A DNA stretch of 64,000 bases from Tabrizicola sp. (GCF_036781545.1 NZ_DAIQAT010000001.1:49200-113199); one strand, 5' to 3'; shown: positions 9,900 to 20,077, counted from the stretch's first letter. Notes: a model not told the origin generated them from the sequence alone. Made by a program: numbers and translations.

Positions 9900-10823
9900 T
9901 CAATCCTCCGGCGTGGCGTCGACGACCGGGTGGCGGATCGTACCGATGCCCTCGACGGTGGCGACCACCACGTCGCCGGGTTTCAGCCATTCCTGCGGGG
10001 TGCGGCCGGCGCCGACGCCTTCGGGCGTGCCGCTGGCGATGATGTCGCCCGGCTCCAGCGTGATGCCCGTGGAAATGTCGGCGATCAGGTCATCCACCTT
10101 GAACAGCATGTGCCGGGTGTTCGACCGCTGCTTTTCCACCCCGTTGACCGTCAGCCACAGGTCCAGCACCTGCGGATCGGGAATCTCGTCCGCCGTGACG
10201 ATCACCGGACCGAAGGGCGCATAGCTGTCCATGCCCTTCGAGAAGATCCACTGTCCCGCCCGCCTGTTGTCGCGGGCGGAAACGTCGATCATCACCGAAT
10301 AGCCGAAGACATGCTCCAGCGCCTGCTCGCGTCGGATGCGCCGGGCGGTGGTACCGATGATCACGGCAAGCTCGACCTCCCAGTCCAGCTGTTTGGTGAT
10401 CCGCACGTCGTGCTCGATCGCGTCGCCGGGGCCGATCACGGTGGTCGGCGGCTTCGAGAAAACGACCGGCTGCTTCGGCAGGTCCTTCGACGTATCCAGC
10501 GAGGCCGCGCTTTCCGCGACATGCTCGACATAGTTCAGGCCGATCCCGAAAATGTTCTTCCGGGGCCGGGGGATCGGGGCCAGGAGGCGCACATTGGCCA
10601 AAGCCGTCGCCGTGCCCGGCTTGTGGCGGCCCTGCGCCGCGTCAAGACAGGCGCGCAATGTCTCCAGCCCCGGGCGGCCGAGGTCTATCAGACCCAGCAT
10701 GGTGGCCGGCAGGCTTTCGCCCTGCGACGCCGCCAGCCGTTCGACATCGACGACAAGGTCGCCGTCCAGCACACCAAGCCGCGCCGCTGCCTCGACCGAG
10801 GCGCGATAGGTCACAAGTTTCAT
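9900..10823 (-). CDS. Fumarylacetoacetate hydrolase family protein
   Basis: IGLNYVEH, LDWEVELAVIIG, DVSARD, KGMD, LEPGDIIASGTPEGVG. Confidence 0.93.
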   Translation of the reverse strand: MKLVTYRASVEAAARLGVLDGDLVVDVERLAASQGESLPATMLGLIDLGRPGLETLRACLDAAQGRHKPGTATALANVRLLAPIPRPRKNIFGIGLNYVEHVAESAASLDTSKDLPKQPVVFSKPPTTVIGPGDAIEHDVRITKQLDWEVELAVIIGTTARRIRREQALEHVFGYSVMIDVSARDNRRAGQWIFSKGMDSYAPFGPVIVTADEIPDPQVLDLWLTVNGVEKQRSNTRHMLFKVDDLIADISTGITLEPGDIIASGTPEGVGAGRTPQEWLKPGDVVVATVEGIGTIRHPVVDATPED

Positions 10824-10832
10824 GATCCGTCC

Positions 10833-11954
10833 CTACAGAAGCGGTTGCTGGCCGCCGTTTTCCCCGAAAGCCTCTTCCCGATACAGCCCGAGCGCCCGCA
10901 TCACCGGCAGGTCGTTCAGGCAGAAGAGACAGGCATCCTCCCGGTCGGAAGCATTGACATGTTCGTGCCAGGCCCAGGAGGGCACACAGAAGATGTCGCG
11001 CTCGGCCCAGTCGAACCTCTTGCCATTGATGATCGAATGCCCTCGGCCCTTGGCGACATGGTACAGGTAGCTGCCGGTATGGCGGTGCGCCTTCGTATGC
11101 TCGCCCGGCCGCAGCATCTGCATGCTGGCACCCAGCGTCTGCATCACCGGCCCGTTCGTCACCGGGTTCACGTATTCCATCATGACGCCATCGAACGGGC
11201 TTCCCGCGGTGCAGCCTGCATATTTCGTCAGGGCATCGTAGGTCGGCGCCCATTCGTACTTGAACATCGGGCTGTAGCCCTTGCGCCAGCTTTCGCCATA
11301 GGGCGTCAGCCCCGGATTGCCCCAGGTTTTCGTCATGTCATCTACGGCATGGCCAACTGCCTGGTTCAGCTCGGGATGCACCTCGTAGAAATTCGCCTCC
11401 ATCGCATTGACGAAGGGAATGTCCAGCCCGTCCTGCCAGAGGCAAAGCGAGCCATCTGCGCTCACCCCATGTTCATGCCAGGTGCCGTTCGGCGTTAGCA
11501 CGAAGTCGTTCGCACCCAGCGTCATCTTGTGGCCGTCGACGACGGTGTAGGCCCCGCGCCCCTCCATGATGAAGCGGATCGCGCTGGCCGAATGGCGGTG
11601 CGCGCTTGCCACTTCGCCCGGGTTCATCACCTGCAGGCCCGCATAGATCCAGCCAACCGCCGCCGCCACATCCTGCCGCCCGGGGTTGTTCAGGTAGATG
11701 ACCCGCCGGCCCGCCTTTTCCGGTGTCACCAGATCGACGCTGCGGATCACATGGTCGCGCAGGTCCCGGTAGCGCCAGACCACTGGCACCGACTGGCTTG
11801 CCGGCTGCCAGGGCTCAATCTTGTTCGCCACGGTCCATAGCGCGCCGGCATGAAACCCCTCCAGCTCGTCGTAATACGCCAGAAGTTCCGGCGTATCCTC
11901 GACATTGGCGCGTCCGATGACGTCTTCCCGATGGTTCTCGCGTCCGGTGGCCAT
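10833..11954 (-). CDS. Bicupin ring-cleavage dioxygenase, gentisate 1,2-dioxygenase family
   Basis: AHRHSASAIRF..TWHEH and AHRHTGS..WAWHEH cupin motifs, WQDGLDIP; AAGGAGAG RBS before ATG 11954. Confidence 0.88.
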   Translation of the reverse strand: MATGRENHREDVIGRANVEDTPELLAYYDELEGFHAGALWTVANKIEPWQPASQSVPVVWRYRDLRDHVIRSVDLVTPEKAGRRVIYLNNPGRQDVAAAVGWIYAGLQVMNPGEVASAHRHSASAIRFIMEGRGAYTVVDGHKMTLGANDFVLTPNGTWHEHGVSADGSLCLWQDGLDIPFVNAMEANFYEVHPELNQAVGHAVDDMTKTWGNPGLTPYGESWRKGYSPMFKYEWAPTYDALTKYAGCTAGSPFDGVMMEYVNPVTNGPVMQTLGASMQMLRPGEHTKAHRHTGSYLYHVAKGRGHSIINGKRFDWAERDIFCVPSWAWHEHVNASDREDACLFCLNDLPVMRALGLYREEAFGENGGQQPLL

Positions 11955-11997
11955 GCTCTCTCCTTCCCGTGCAACGAGGCCCAACTATGCTTGGAAG

Positions 11998-12038
11998 AAT
12001 TTTCGATGACAATATTTATTTTCGAAAATTATCGAATT
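11998..12038. promoter_or_regulatory. Probable GntR operator(s) in the divergent promoter
   Basis: Perfect palindrome ATTTTCGAAAAT 12018-12029, flanked by two more TCGA-centred half-matches in an AT-rich intergenic region. Confidence 0.6.
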
Positions 12039-12088
12039 GCGCGAACATATCAGGCTGGATAGACTTCCCGGACATTAAGGACGCGATC

Positions 12089-12733
12089 ATGACCCTGGCG
12101 GAAAAAGCCTACGTTTCCCTGCGGAAAGACATCGTCGAGGGCTGTTTCGCGCCTCAAAGTCCGCTGCGCCTGGCCGACCTCAGCGAACGCTACGGCATGG
12201 GCTTCTCGCCCCTGCGCGAGGCGCTGAACCGCCTGCAGGCCGAACGTCTTGTCACCGCCGAATCCCTTCGCGGCTTCCGGGTCTCGGCGCGGTCGCTCGC
12301 CGAATTCGAGGACGCTCTTCAGGTCCGTCTCCTGATCGAGACCGAGGCCCTGCGCCTGTCGATCGCCAAGGGCGACGACGGATGGGCCGCTGCGGTCGTC
12401 GCTGCTCTCTACGCGCTTGGGCTGCAGACCCGGCGGCCTGACGGCGATGTCGGCGAGTTGAAGGCCCGCCACCATGCGTTCCACCGCGCGCTGCTGGCGG
12501 CCTGCGGATCGGACTGGCTGCTCGATTTCTTCGAAAGGCTGTATGCCGCGACCGAGCGCTACCGCATTCCCGCACTCACCGCCGCAGGTCCACAGAAGCG
12601 CGACATAGACGCCGAACACGGTGCCATCGCCGATGCCGTTCTTGCCCGGGACGCAGCTCTTGCCGAGCAACTCCTCCGCGACCACTATCTGCGGACCGCC
12701 GCGACGATCCGCTCCGGCATGTCGGGCACCTGA
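12089..12733 (+). CDS. GntR/FCD transcriptional regulator
   Basis: N-terminal wHTH LAEKAY..LR..GFSPLREALNRL; FCD HHAFHRAL..EHGAI; AAGGA RBS. Confidence 0.92.
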   Translation: MTLAEKAYVSLRKDIVEGCFAPQSPLRLADLSERYGMGFSPLREALNRLQAERLVTAESLRGFRVSARSLAEFEDALQVRLLIETEALRLSIAKGDDGWAAAVVAALYALGLQTRRPDGDVGELKARHHAFHRALLAACGSDWLLDFFERLYAATERYRIPALTAAGPQKRDIDAEHGAIADAVLARDAALAEQLLRDHYLRTAATIRSGMSGT

Positions 12734-12790
12734 CATCGCGCCGGTGTGCCACGCGGTGTGGAAAGCCTGATCCGCAGGGGGCATATCCCG

Positions 12791-14206
12791 CTACAGTAGC
12801 GGCCCGATCGTTGCGAAGGCGTTGTTCCAGATTCGCCGTGCGATGGACCAGCCACGCACTTCCTCGGGGGTCACCAGGACCGCGCTTGCCAGATACTCCA
12901 TCTGGCGCCGACGAATGGCAGCGGTGAAATTCCTGTCGTGCAACAGGATATCGTTTTCGAAATTCAGGCCGAAGCTGCGGATGTCCATGTTGGAAGACCC
13001 CATGAAGGTGGTCTCGCCGTCCACGGTGATGATCTTGGAATGCAGCAGCCCGCCCTGATATTCCGCGATGGTCACGCCTGCCTCGGTCAGTTGCGGATAG
13101 AAGGACCGGCTGGCAGGCGCGACGAAGCCGGAATCGTTGCGGCGTGGCACGATCAGCGTAACCCGCGCCCCCGCGAAGGCAGCTGCGAGGATCGCCGAGC
13201 AGACCTCCTCGCCCGGAACGAAATAGGGGGTGGTGATGATCACCTCGCGCCGGGCCGTGCCGATGACGCGCGCGAACAGTTGTGCGGCCACATTGCGCCC
13301 GATGTTCGGCCCGGTGCCAACCGCCTGCGCCGGAAAGCCGTCCTCGAAACCAGCAACCGGACGGGTGAAATCCGCCAGTTCGCCGGGATCGTCGGCCAGC
13401 CAGTTCTGCGCGAAAAGCAGGTTCATCTGATGCGCCACGGGCCCCTCGTACCGCGCCATCACATCCACCCAGGGGGCGAATTTCGCCTTGGGCAGGAAGG
13501 CGGGATCGGCACAGTTCTGGCTGCCGCAATGGCAGATGCGGCCGTCGATCACCGTGATCTTCCGGTGGTTTCGCAGGTCGGGGCGGCGCTGGAAGATCGT
13601 GCGCAGCGGATTGCCCAGCGGCAGGGTGACCGAGGTGCCCACGCCTGCCTCCTTCATCCGCCGCCAGGTGTCCGAGGCGATGAACGAATGCGAGCCGATG
13701 GCGTCGATCATCGCCCGGCAGCGCACCCCGCGCCCGGCGGCGCGGATCATCGCTTCGGCCACGTTGCGCCCGGTCTGGTCTTCCAGCCAGATGTAATACA
13801 GGACACTGATCGACTCGGTTGCGGCATCCATGTCCTCGATCATGCGCGCCCGTGCGCCGTCGGGGCTGTCCAACAGTTCGGCGCGGTTGCCCTGCGTCAT
13901 GCCGAAGCCATTGATCGAGGTGGCGAAGCCGCTGGCCGGTCCCCAGCGCGGAAGGTCCGGGGCGCTGCCGCTAGCCAGGACGGCGGGGCGGGTCGCGGCG
14001 ACGGCGGCATCGATGCGTCGCCGGTCAGGACCGGAAAAATGGATCTCGCCAATCAGCAGGTACAGGATCAGGCCGAGGAAGGGCAGCGCCAGAAGCACGA
14101 GAATCCAGGCACTGCGCGTATGTGCGTCCAACTGGTTTCGCGAAAGGACGCGCAGGCTGACGAGGCAGAAGAGGGCCAGATGCAGGAGCGTGAGGAATGT
14201 CGTCAT
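12791..14206 (-). CDS. cls: Cardiolipin synthase
   Basis: Two HKD motifs (NHRKITVIDG, LHSKIITVDG) and two N-terminal TM helices. Confidence 0.93.
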   Translation of the reverse strand: MTTFLTLLHLALFCLVSLRVLSRNQLDAHTRSAWILVLLALPFLGLILYLLIGEIHFSGPDRRRIDAAVAATRPAVLASGSAPDLPRWGPASGFATSINGFGMTQGNRAELLDSPDGARARMIEDMDAATESISVLYYIWLEDQTGRNVAEAMIRAAGRGVRCRAMIDAIGSHSFIASDTWRRMKEAGVGTSVTLPLGNPLRTIFQRRPDLRNHRKITVIDGRICHCGSQNCADPAFLPKAKFAPWVDVMARYEGPVAHQMNLLFAQNWLADDPGELADFTRPVAGFEDGFPAQAVGTGPNIGRNVAAQLFARVIGTARREVIITTPYFVPGEEVCSAILAAAFAGARVTLIVPRRNDSGFVAPASRSFYPQLTEAGVTIAEYQGGLLHSKIITVDGETTFMGSSNMDIRSFGLNFENDILLHDRNFTAAIRRRQMEYLASAVLVTPEEVRGWSIARRIWNNAFATIGPLL

Positions 14207-14418
14207 GCAGACGGAATACCATCCTTCCGATGGCGTCTCAAACCGTTAGGTTTGCCCGAAGCCTCGATGCCCGGGTCGGCTGGCGACAAGGTTGACCCGC
14301 GACATCGCCTCTGCCCATCCTGCGGGCCGTGGCGGCTCCCTTTCCTCGACGTGCCGGTACGAATCGCGCTTCGGGGGACGGGCTGATAGATTGTCTTTTC
14401 CGCGACTGCAGGAGAACA

Positions 14419-14637
14419 ATGATGAGCGAGCACTTTGAAGTCGGCGATCACGTCGCCTGGAATTCCGAGGCCGGCCATGTCAGCGGCCGCATCATCAAGG
14501 TCCACACGCAGGACACCGACTACAAGGGCTATACGCATCACGCGAGCCCGGATGATCCGCAGTACGAGATCAAGAGCGACAAGACCGATCATGTCGCGAT
14601 GCACAAGGGATCGGCCCTGAGAAGGATCGCGGACTGA
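14419..14637 (+). CDS. DUF2945 / Hva1-like Tudor domain small protein
   Basis: VGDHVAWNSEAG..ASPDDPQYEIKSDKTDHVAMHKGSAL signature; GGAG RBS. Confidence 0.85.
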   Translation: MMSEHFEVGDHVAWNSEAGHVSGRIIKVHTQDTDYKGYTHHASPDDPQYEIKSDKTDHVAMHKGSALRRIAD

Positions 14638-14703
14638 TGCTTCCGGACGCGGTGTTTGGGCGGGCGCTGCCTTTATGTCCCCAGCGCTGGTTCCGGCGGC
14701 CGG

Positions 14704-15276
14704 CTAAAACAGGTCCGGCTGCTCGGGTGGGTAGGTGATCGACACCCCGTCAACATGTGCGAAGGGCGTCAGCTTGTGCGGCCGACAACTGGTTTCCGAC
14801 AGAATCTCGATGACCGGTACGCCGCGCACCTCCAGCGCATCGGCAACGAGCGAGCGATGGCAGCGCCACGGCACGGCCTCCGCACACATTATGGCTGTGC
14901 GCTTCTGCCGGCTTCCCCGGATGAGCGCCTCCACCGCATGACCAAACTCCGCGGTTTGCATGTAGTCGGCGTAGCCGCGGAAGCTCTCGTTGCGCCAACC
15001 AGCATTGGGAGAGTCCTTGCGGGTGCGCCGCAGACCGCCCAATGCTGCCATATGCGAATATTCGATGTGAGCCGCCTCCAGGCTGCTGGCAAGAGCCTCG
15101 CTCCCGAACTGCGGATTGCGCCGCGAGCCCGGCACGGTGCGGATATCGACGAGTTGCGCGATACTGTAGGCTTTCAAGAGCTCGATGAAGCGCTCGATCG
15201 GCAAGGTCGAATGCCCGACGGTGAAGATTGCGCTTTCCGGCCACTGCGCATCCTGCGGCAGAGCCTTGTCATTCAT
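14704..15276 (-). CDS. DUF488 family protein
   Basis: IFTVGHST, LVDIRTVPGSRRNPQF, LGGLR, FRGYADYM, MCAEAVPWRCHRSLVAD. Confidence 0.88.
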   Translation of the reverse strand: MNDKALPQDAQWPESAIFTVGHSTLPIERFIELLKAYSIAQLVDIRTVPGSRRNPQFGSEALASSLEAAHIEYSHMAALGGLRRTRKDSPNAGWRNESFRGYADYMQTAEFGHAVEALIRGSRQKRTAIMCAEAVPWRCHRSLVADALEVRGVPVIEILSETSCRPHKLTPFAHVDGVSITYPPEQPDLF

Positions 15277-15321
15277 GATATGAACCGCGACGTGAGTGTT
15301 CCATCGAATGGATCTGGCCCC

Positions 15322-15423
15322 CCGATCGAAATGACCCGGATCAAATACCTCGACGACATCGTCGAGCAGGACCGCCGCACGATCAAGCGATGCCTTTGAC
15401 CGCTGCTTGGGTTCAAGCCCTTC
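15322..15423 (+). mobile_element. Degenerate IS6-family transposase fragment
   Basis: Translates PIEMTRIKYLDDIVEQDRRTIKRCL*PLLGFKPF, resembling the IS6 motif KYLNNIVEQDHRxIKRR..PMLGFKSF, with an in-frame stop. Confidence 0.75.
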
Positions 15424-15535
15424 CTCCACCCTTTCGTCGCAGTCCACCCATACCGGCCCGAGACCTTGGCCACCTCTCTGCCGCCCGGAGCAAGCTCCGC
15501 GTGCGACTTCGTCCTCTCGTCTCAAGGAGCGTCGG

Positions 15536-15850
15536 TCAGAAGTCGAAGAGATCGCTCAGGAAGCTTTCCTTGCGCTTCTTCTTGTAACCGTGACGGTAAT
15601 CGTCGTCATCGTCCCGGCGGCGGCGGTCATCCTCGCGGTAGGCGGCGCGCGGCTCGGGCTGGTAGACCGGCTGGGCCGCTTGCTGCGGCGACGGCGAGGG
15701 TGCTGCGGCGGGACCGCCGAGGGAGCGGTCGATGATCTTGTCCAGCTCGCCCCGGTCCAGCCAGACGCCGCGGCATTTCGGGCAGTAGTCGATCTCGACC
15801 CCGCCACGGTCGGCCATCACCAGGGTTTCATTGTCGACCGGACAGCGCAT
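15536..15850 (-). CDS. zf-TFIIB-type zinc-ribbon protein
   Basis: MRCPVD..GVEIDYCPKCRGVWLDRGELDKII..KKKRKESFLSDLFDF. Confidence 0.9.
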   Translation of the reverse strand: MRCPVDNETLVMADRGGVEIDYCPKCRGVWLDRGELDKIIDRSLGGPAAAPSPSPQQAAQPVYQPEPRAAYREDDRRRRDDDDDYRHGYKKKRKESFLSDLFDF

Positions 15851-16114
15851 GTGATTCTTCCTTCCATGTGACAGGTCGTTACATGGGGTCGCGAACCGGC
15901 CTCGCAAGGGTCGTTTCAAAGCTTGCGCGGATTGCCGCGAACGTGCAGGAAGGGGTGAGCCGTGGCGATGGCGTCGCCACAGGGGCTGGTTTCGAAAGAA
16001 CGGTCGCCCCGACGCTTGCGGACCCGATGCGTTTCGGGGCGCTTCCGTCCTGTACGCCGGGACCTTTCGGGGTCTCAGGGCGTTGTGCCAGACCCCTGCA
16101 CATGAGGTCTGGAC

Positions 16115-17329
16115 ATGTCCTTGAACCGTCCCGAGATGTATCGCTTCCACAATGGCGGCCAGAAGCACGCCCTGCCCTTCGCCGACCAGGAATACCATGA
16201 CCGGCTGGAAGGCCTGCGCGAAATCATGGATCTGCACGGGCTGGATGCGGTGGTGCTGACCTCCATCCACAATGTCGCCTATTACTCGGGCTTCCTCTAC
16301 TGCTCATTCGGGCGGCCCTATGCCTGCGTGGTGACGAAGACCGACTGCGTCACCATCAGCGCCGGGATCGACGCAGGCCAGCCCTGGCGGCGGTCGGTCG
16401 GGGACAACATCACCTATACCGACTGGGCGCGCGACAACATGTGGCGGGCGGTGGCTTCGGTCACCGGAACGGGCAAGGCGGTGGGATGCGAGGCGGACCA
16501 TCTGACGATGGAACGGGCCGAGAAGTTCAACACCTTCCTGAAGCCGAAGCGGGGGATGGATATCGCGCCCGCGACGATGCACCAGCGGCTGATGAAGTCG
16601 CCAGCCGAGATCGCATTGATCAAGCATGGGGCGAACGTGGCGGACGTGGGCGGCTATGCGATCCGCGAGGCGATTGCGCTGGGGGCGACGGAGCTTGAGA
16701 TCGCCATCGCCGGGCGGGACGCGATGGAGCGCGAGATCGCCAGACGCTTCCCGGATGCGGAATATCGCGACACCTGGGTCTGGTTCCAGTCGGGCATCAA
16801 CACAGACGGGGCGCACAACCCGGTGACGAACCGGAAGCTGCAGCATGGCGATATCCTGAGCCTGAACTGCTTTCCGATGATCAGCGGCTACTACACCGCG
16901 CTGGAGCGGACGCTGTTCCTGGGCGAGGTGGACGATGCCAGCATGAAGGTCTGGCAGACCAACCTCGACAGCCATGAGTTCGGGATGACGCTTCTGAAGC
17001 CGGGGGCGAGCTGTGCCGAGATCACCATGAAGATCAACGAGTTCCTGGCCGACCGGCAGATGCTGCAATACCGGACCTTCGGCTATGGGCACAGTTTCGG
17101 GGTCCTGTCGCACTACTACGGTCGCGAGGCGGCGCTGGAGCTGCGCGAGGACATCGACACGGTGCTGGAACCAGGGATGGTGATCTCGATGGAACCGATG
17201 CTGACGATCCCCGAGGGGATGCCGGGGGCGGGCGGATACCGCGAGCACGACATCTTCGTCGTCACCGAGGACGAGCCCGAGGGCATCACGCATTATCCCT
17301 ACGGGCCCGCGTTCAACGTGGTGGGGTAA
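16115..17329 (+). CDS. Creatinase (creatine amidinohydrolase, M24 fold)
   Basis: FLYCSFGRPY, QPWRR, TDGAHNPVT, YRTFGYGHSFG, GAGGYREHD motifs as in characterised creatinases. Confidence 0.9.
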   Translation: MSLNRPEMYRFHNGGQKHALPFADQEYHDRLEGLREIMDLHGLDAVVLTSIHNVAYYSGFLYCSFGRPYACVVTKTDCVTISAGIDAGQPWRRSVGDNITYTDWARDNMWRAVASVTGTGKAVGCEADHLTMERAEKFNTFLKPKRGMDIAPATMHQRLMKSPAEIALIKHGANVADVGGYAIREAIALGATELEIAIAGRDAMEREIARRFPDAEYRDTWVWFQSGINTDGAHNPVTNRKLQHGDILSLNCFPMISGYYTALERTLFLGEVDDASMKVWQTNLDSHEFGMTLLKPGASCAEITMKINEFLADRQMLQYRTFGYGHSFGVLSHYYGREAALELREDIDTVLEPGMVISMEPMLTIPEGMPGAGGYREHDIFVVTEDEPEGITHYPYGPAFNVVG

Positions 17330-17334
17330 GGCGT

Positions 17335-17358
17335 CGGGCCGGGGCTTCCCCCGGCCCG
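17335..17358. terminator. GC-rich hairpin between convergent genes
   Basis: CGGGCCGGGG-CTTC-CCCCGGCCCG, 10-bp stem, no U tract. Confidence 0.5.
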
Positions 17359-17363
17359 GCCGT

Positions 17364-17618
17364 TCAGGCCCGCTTGACCACGCGGATCAGCAGCAAGAGG
17401 ATCACCGCGCCGATGGTGGCGTGGATGATCGCGCCCAGGATGCCGCTGCCGATGACGATACCGATCCGGGGCAGCAGGAAGGTCGCGATCAGGGCGCCGA
17501 CGATGCCGATGACGATATTGCCGACAAGGCCGTAGCCGTAGCCCTCGACGATCAGACCGGCGAGCCATCCGGCCACGCCGCCGATGACGAGGGTAAGGAT
17601 AAGTGCTGTGATGTCCAT
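17364..17618 (-). CDS. GlsB/YeaQ/YmgE transglycosylase-associated membrane protein
   Basis: IGGVAGWLAG..NIVIGIVGALI..ATIGAVILL. Confidence 0.9.
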   Translation of the reverse strand: MDITALILTLVIGGVAGWLAGLIVEGYGYGLVGNIVIGIVGALIATFLLPRIGIVIGSGILGAIIHATIGAVILLLLIRVVKRA

Positions 17619-17864
17619 TCTGGTCCCTTTCCGCCCGTAACGGGCCGAGGCCAAGGGTAACGCAAAACGGCGCGAGGTGTGACTGGAAGTTGCATCCCGC
17701 CAACCGGCCGTGGAATCCCGTGCTTTGCGCTTTCCCGCCGGAATCGGCTCTCGGGACGGCAAGTATTGTAAAGATTCAGGAAAATTCGATCCGACAGGGG
17801 TTGACGGAAGCCGTCGGGCATGGCGCAAGGTGGCCTTAGCTGCCCTTCAGATGAGTCTGCCAAC

Positions 17865-18752
17865 GTGACCCACTCCCTTGCCCGGATCCTCGCGATCCTT
17901 GCCCTTCCCTTGCTTGCCGCCTGTGCAGGCACCGCGAAACAGACCGCGCCCGAGGTCGTCCCCGGCTACGAGGGCGTCCAGGACGGGGAGTTCTTCATCG
18001 AAGCCGTCCCGGCGAAATACCTGCAGGACGGCAACATCCGGACCGAGGTTACCTACACCGGGCCGGAAGCACCCGGCACGGTGGTGGTCGATACCTTCGC
18101 GCGGAAGCTCTATCTGGTGAACGAGGGCGGGACGGCGACACGCTATCCCATCGCGGTGGGCCGGGAAGGCCTGTCGTTCCGGGGAACGGGCACGGTGGGG
18201 CGCAAGGCGGAATGGCCGTCGTGGCAGCCGACGGCAAACATGATCCGTACCCGGCCCGACCTTTATGCAGCCTACGCCGGCGGGTTGCCGGGCGGGCTGA
18301 TGAACCCCCTGGGGGCGCGGGCGCTGTATCTTTATCGCGGGTCGCGGGACACGATGTTCCGCATCCACGGCACCTCGGACGCGGCTTCGGTCGGCCATGC
18401 AACCAGTGCAGGCTGCATTCGCCTGTTCAACCAGGACGCCATCGACCTTTACAACAAGGTGCCGAACGGAACCCGGGTGAAGGTGCGGACCGAGGCCGAG
18501 AGCATGGCGCTGGAAGGCCCGCAGATGCTGAACGCCTATGGCCACATGGTCCCGGAATCGCCGGAAAACCTGGCGAAGAAGGAAAAGGACGAAGCCGCGC
18601 TGGCCAGGCAGGAGGCCAAGGACCGGGCCGCTTTCGAGAAGGCCGAGAAGAAACGTCTGGCCGCCTGCGCGCGCCGCGGCATCCCGGATGCCGAATGCGC
18701 CCCGCCGGAAAGCGTGGCGACCGTCACCGTGGGCACCTCGGACGCTGGCTAA
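17865..18752 (+). CDS. L,D-transpeptidase lipoprotein (YkuD)
   Basis: Lipobox LAAC; NPLGARALYL, RIHGT..SAGCIRL catalytic motif; GTG start inferred. Confidence 0.9.
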   Translation: MTHSLARILAILALPLLAACAGTAKQTAPEVVPGYEGVQDGEFFIEAVPAKYLQDGNIRTEVTYTGPEAPGTVVVDTFARKLYLVNEGGTATRYPIAVGREGLSFRGTGTVGRKAEWPSWQPTANMIRTRPDLYAAYAGGLPGGLMNPLGARALYLYRGSRDTMFRIHGTSDAASVGHATSAGCIRLFNQDAIDLYNKVPNGTRVKVRTEAESMALEGPQMLNAYGHMVPESPENLAKKEKDEAALARQEAKDRAAFEKAEKKRLAACARRGIPDAECAPPESVATVTVGTSDAG

Positions 18753-19090
18753 AGCCGGATGACGTAATCCTTCAGGGTGGTCTGCACGACCTCCCATGTA
18801 CCCTCGAACCCCGGGCGGATGATCATGCTGTCGCCCGGGTGCAGCTGGGTGACGCTGCCATCGGCGGCGGTCAGCAGCGAATAGCCGCTAAGGATGCGGA
18901 AATATTCCCATTCGGAATAGCTGACCCGCCACTTGCCGGGGGTGGATTGCCACAGGCCCGCATAAAGCCCGTCGCTCTCTTCCAGGTTCCAGGTCGAGTG
19001 GACGGGATTGCCCGAGATAAGCCGGTCGGGCGCTGGCCCGCCGATCTCGGGGGCCGTTCCGTCGCGGCTGACGCGCTGGATCAGGGGCAT
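18749..19090 (-). CDS. Cupin (EutQ/DUF861-like)
   Basis: GLWQSTPGKW..EWEYFRILSG..PGFEGTWEV. Confidence 0.88.
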   Translation of the reverse strand: MPLIQRVSRDGTAPEIGGPAPDRLISGNPVHSTWNLEESDGLYAGLWQSTPGKWRVSYSEWEYFRILSGYSLLTAADGSVTQLHPGDSMIIRPGFEGTWEVVQTTLKDYVIRL

Positions 19091-19246
19091 GGGTGACTCC
19101 TTTTTCCGGCATTCAGGACGCGGGGGCGGCCGGGGTCAACCCTCTGGCGCGGAGGTCGGCGGTGCTGCGCTGCGGCGCAAATCTGTTGCGGCGGCGGTCC
19201 GCTTGTGCCCATATGACGGGCAGAAAGCGAAAGCGGAGCCCCAGAG

Positions 19247-20077
19247 ATGAGCGCCACTTCCCCCGTCCGGCCCGTTCTTCCCCCCGACATCCGCGCCCGC
19301 AAGGGTGGTGCGCCGCTGGTGGTGCTGACCGCCTATTCCACCCCGGTCGCCCGGCTGGTGGATGCGCATTGCGACGTGGTGCTGGTGGGGGATTCGGTCG
19401 GGATGGTGATCCACGGCCTGCCCTCGACGCTGGGCGTGACGATGGAGATGATGATCCTGCACGGAAAGGCCGTGGTCCGCGGCGCTGAGAAGGCGATGCC
19501 GGTGATCGACATGCCCTTCGGATCCTACGAGGAGGGGCCGAAGCAGGCCTTCCGCAATGCCACGCGCCTGATGGCCGAGACCGGGGCCCCGGCGGTCAAG
19601 CTGGAAGGCGGGCAGCATATGGCCGAGACCATCGCCTTCCTGACCGCGCGGGGGGTCCCGGTAATGGCGCATGTCGGCCTCACGCCGCAAGCGGTGAACA
19701 CTCTGGGCGGCTACAAGGTGGTGGGCCGGGCGGAAGAAGCCGAAAAGGTGATGGCCGACGCCCGCGCGGTCGAGGAGGCGGGGGCCTTCGCGGTGGTGCT
19801 GGAAAAGGTGCCCGAGGGGCTGGCGGCGCGGATCACGCAAGGGCTGGCGATCCCGACCATCGGGATCGGGGCCGGGGTGCGCTGCGACGGACAGGTGCTG
19901 GTGGTGGACGACATGCTGGGGCTTTTCACCGAGTTCCGGCCCAAGTTCGTCAAGCGCTATGCCGAACTTGGGAAAGCGGCGGACGAGGCGATTGCGGCCT
20001 ATGCCGCCGAGGTGCGCGCCCGCGCCTTCCCGGCAGCGGAGCATTCCTTCCCAGATGTGGTTCCGGTGAAGCAATGA
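19247..20077 (+). CDS. panB: 3-methyl-2-oxobutanoate hydroxymethyltransferase
   Basis: [40 protein letters not shown]. Confidence 0.97.
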   Translation: MSATSPVRPVLPPDIRARKGGAPLVVLTAYSTPVARLVDAHCDVVLVGDSVGMVIHGLPSTLGVTMEMMILHGKAVVRGAEKAMPVIDMPFGSYEEGPKQAFRNATRLMAETGAPAVKLEGGQHMAETIAFLTARGVPVMAHVGLTPQAVNTLGGYKVVGRAEEAEKVMADARAVEEAGAFAVVLEKVPEGLAARITQGLAIPTIGIGAGVRCDGQVLVVDDMLGLFTEFRPKFVKRYAELGKAADEAIAAYAAEVRARAFPAAEHSFPDVVPVKQ

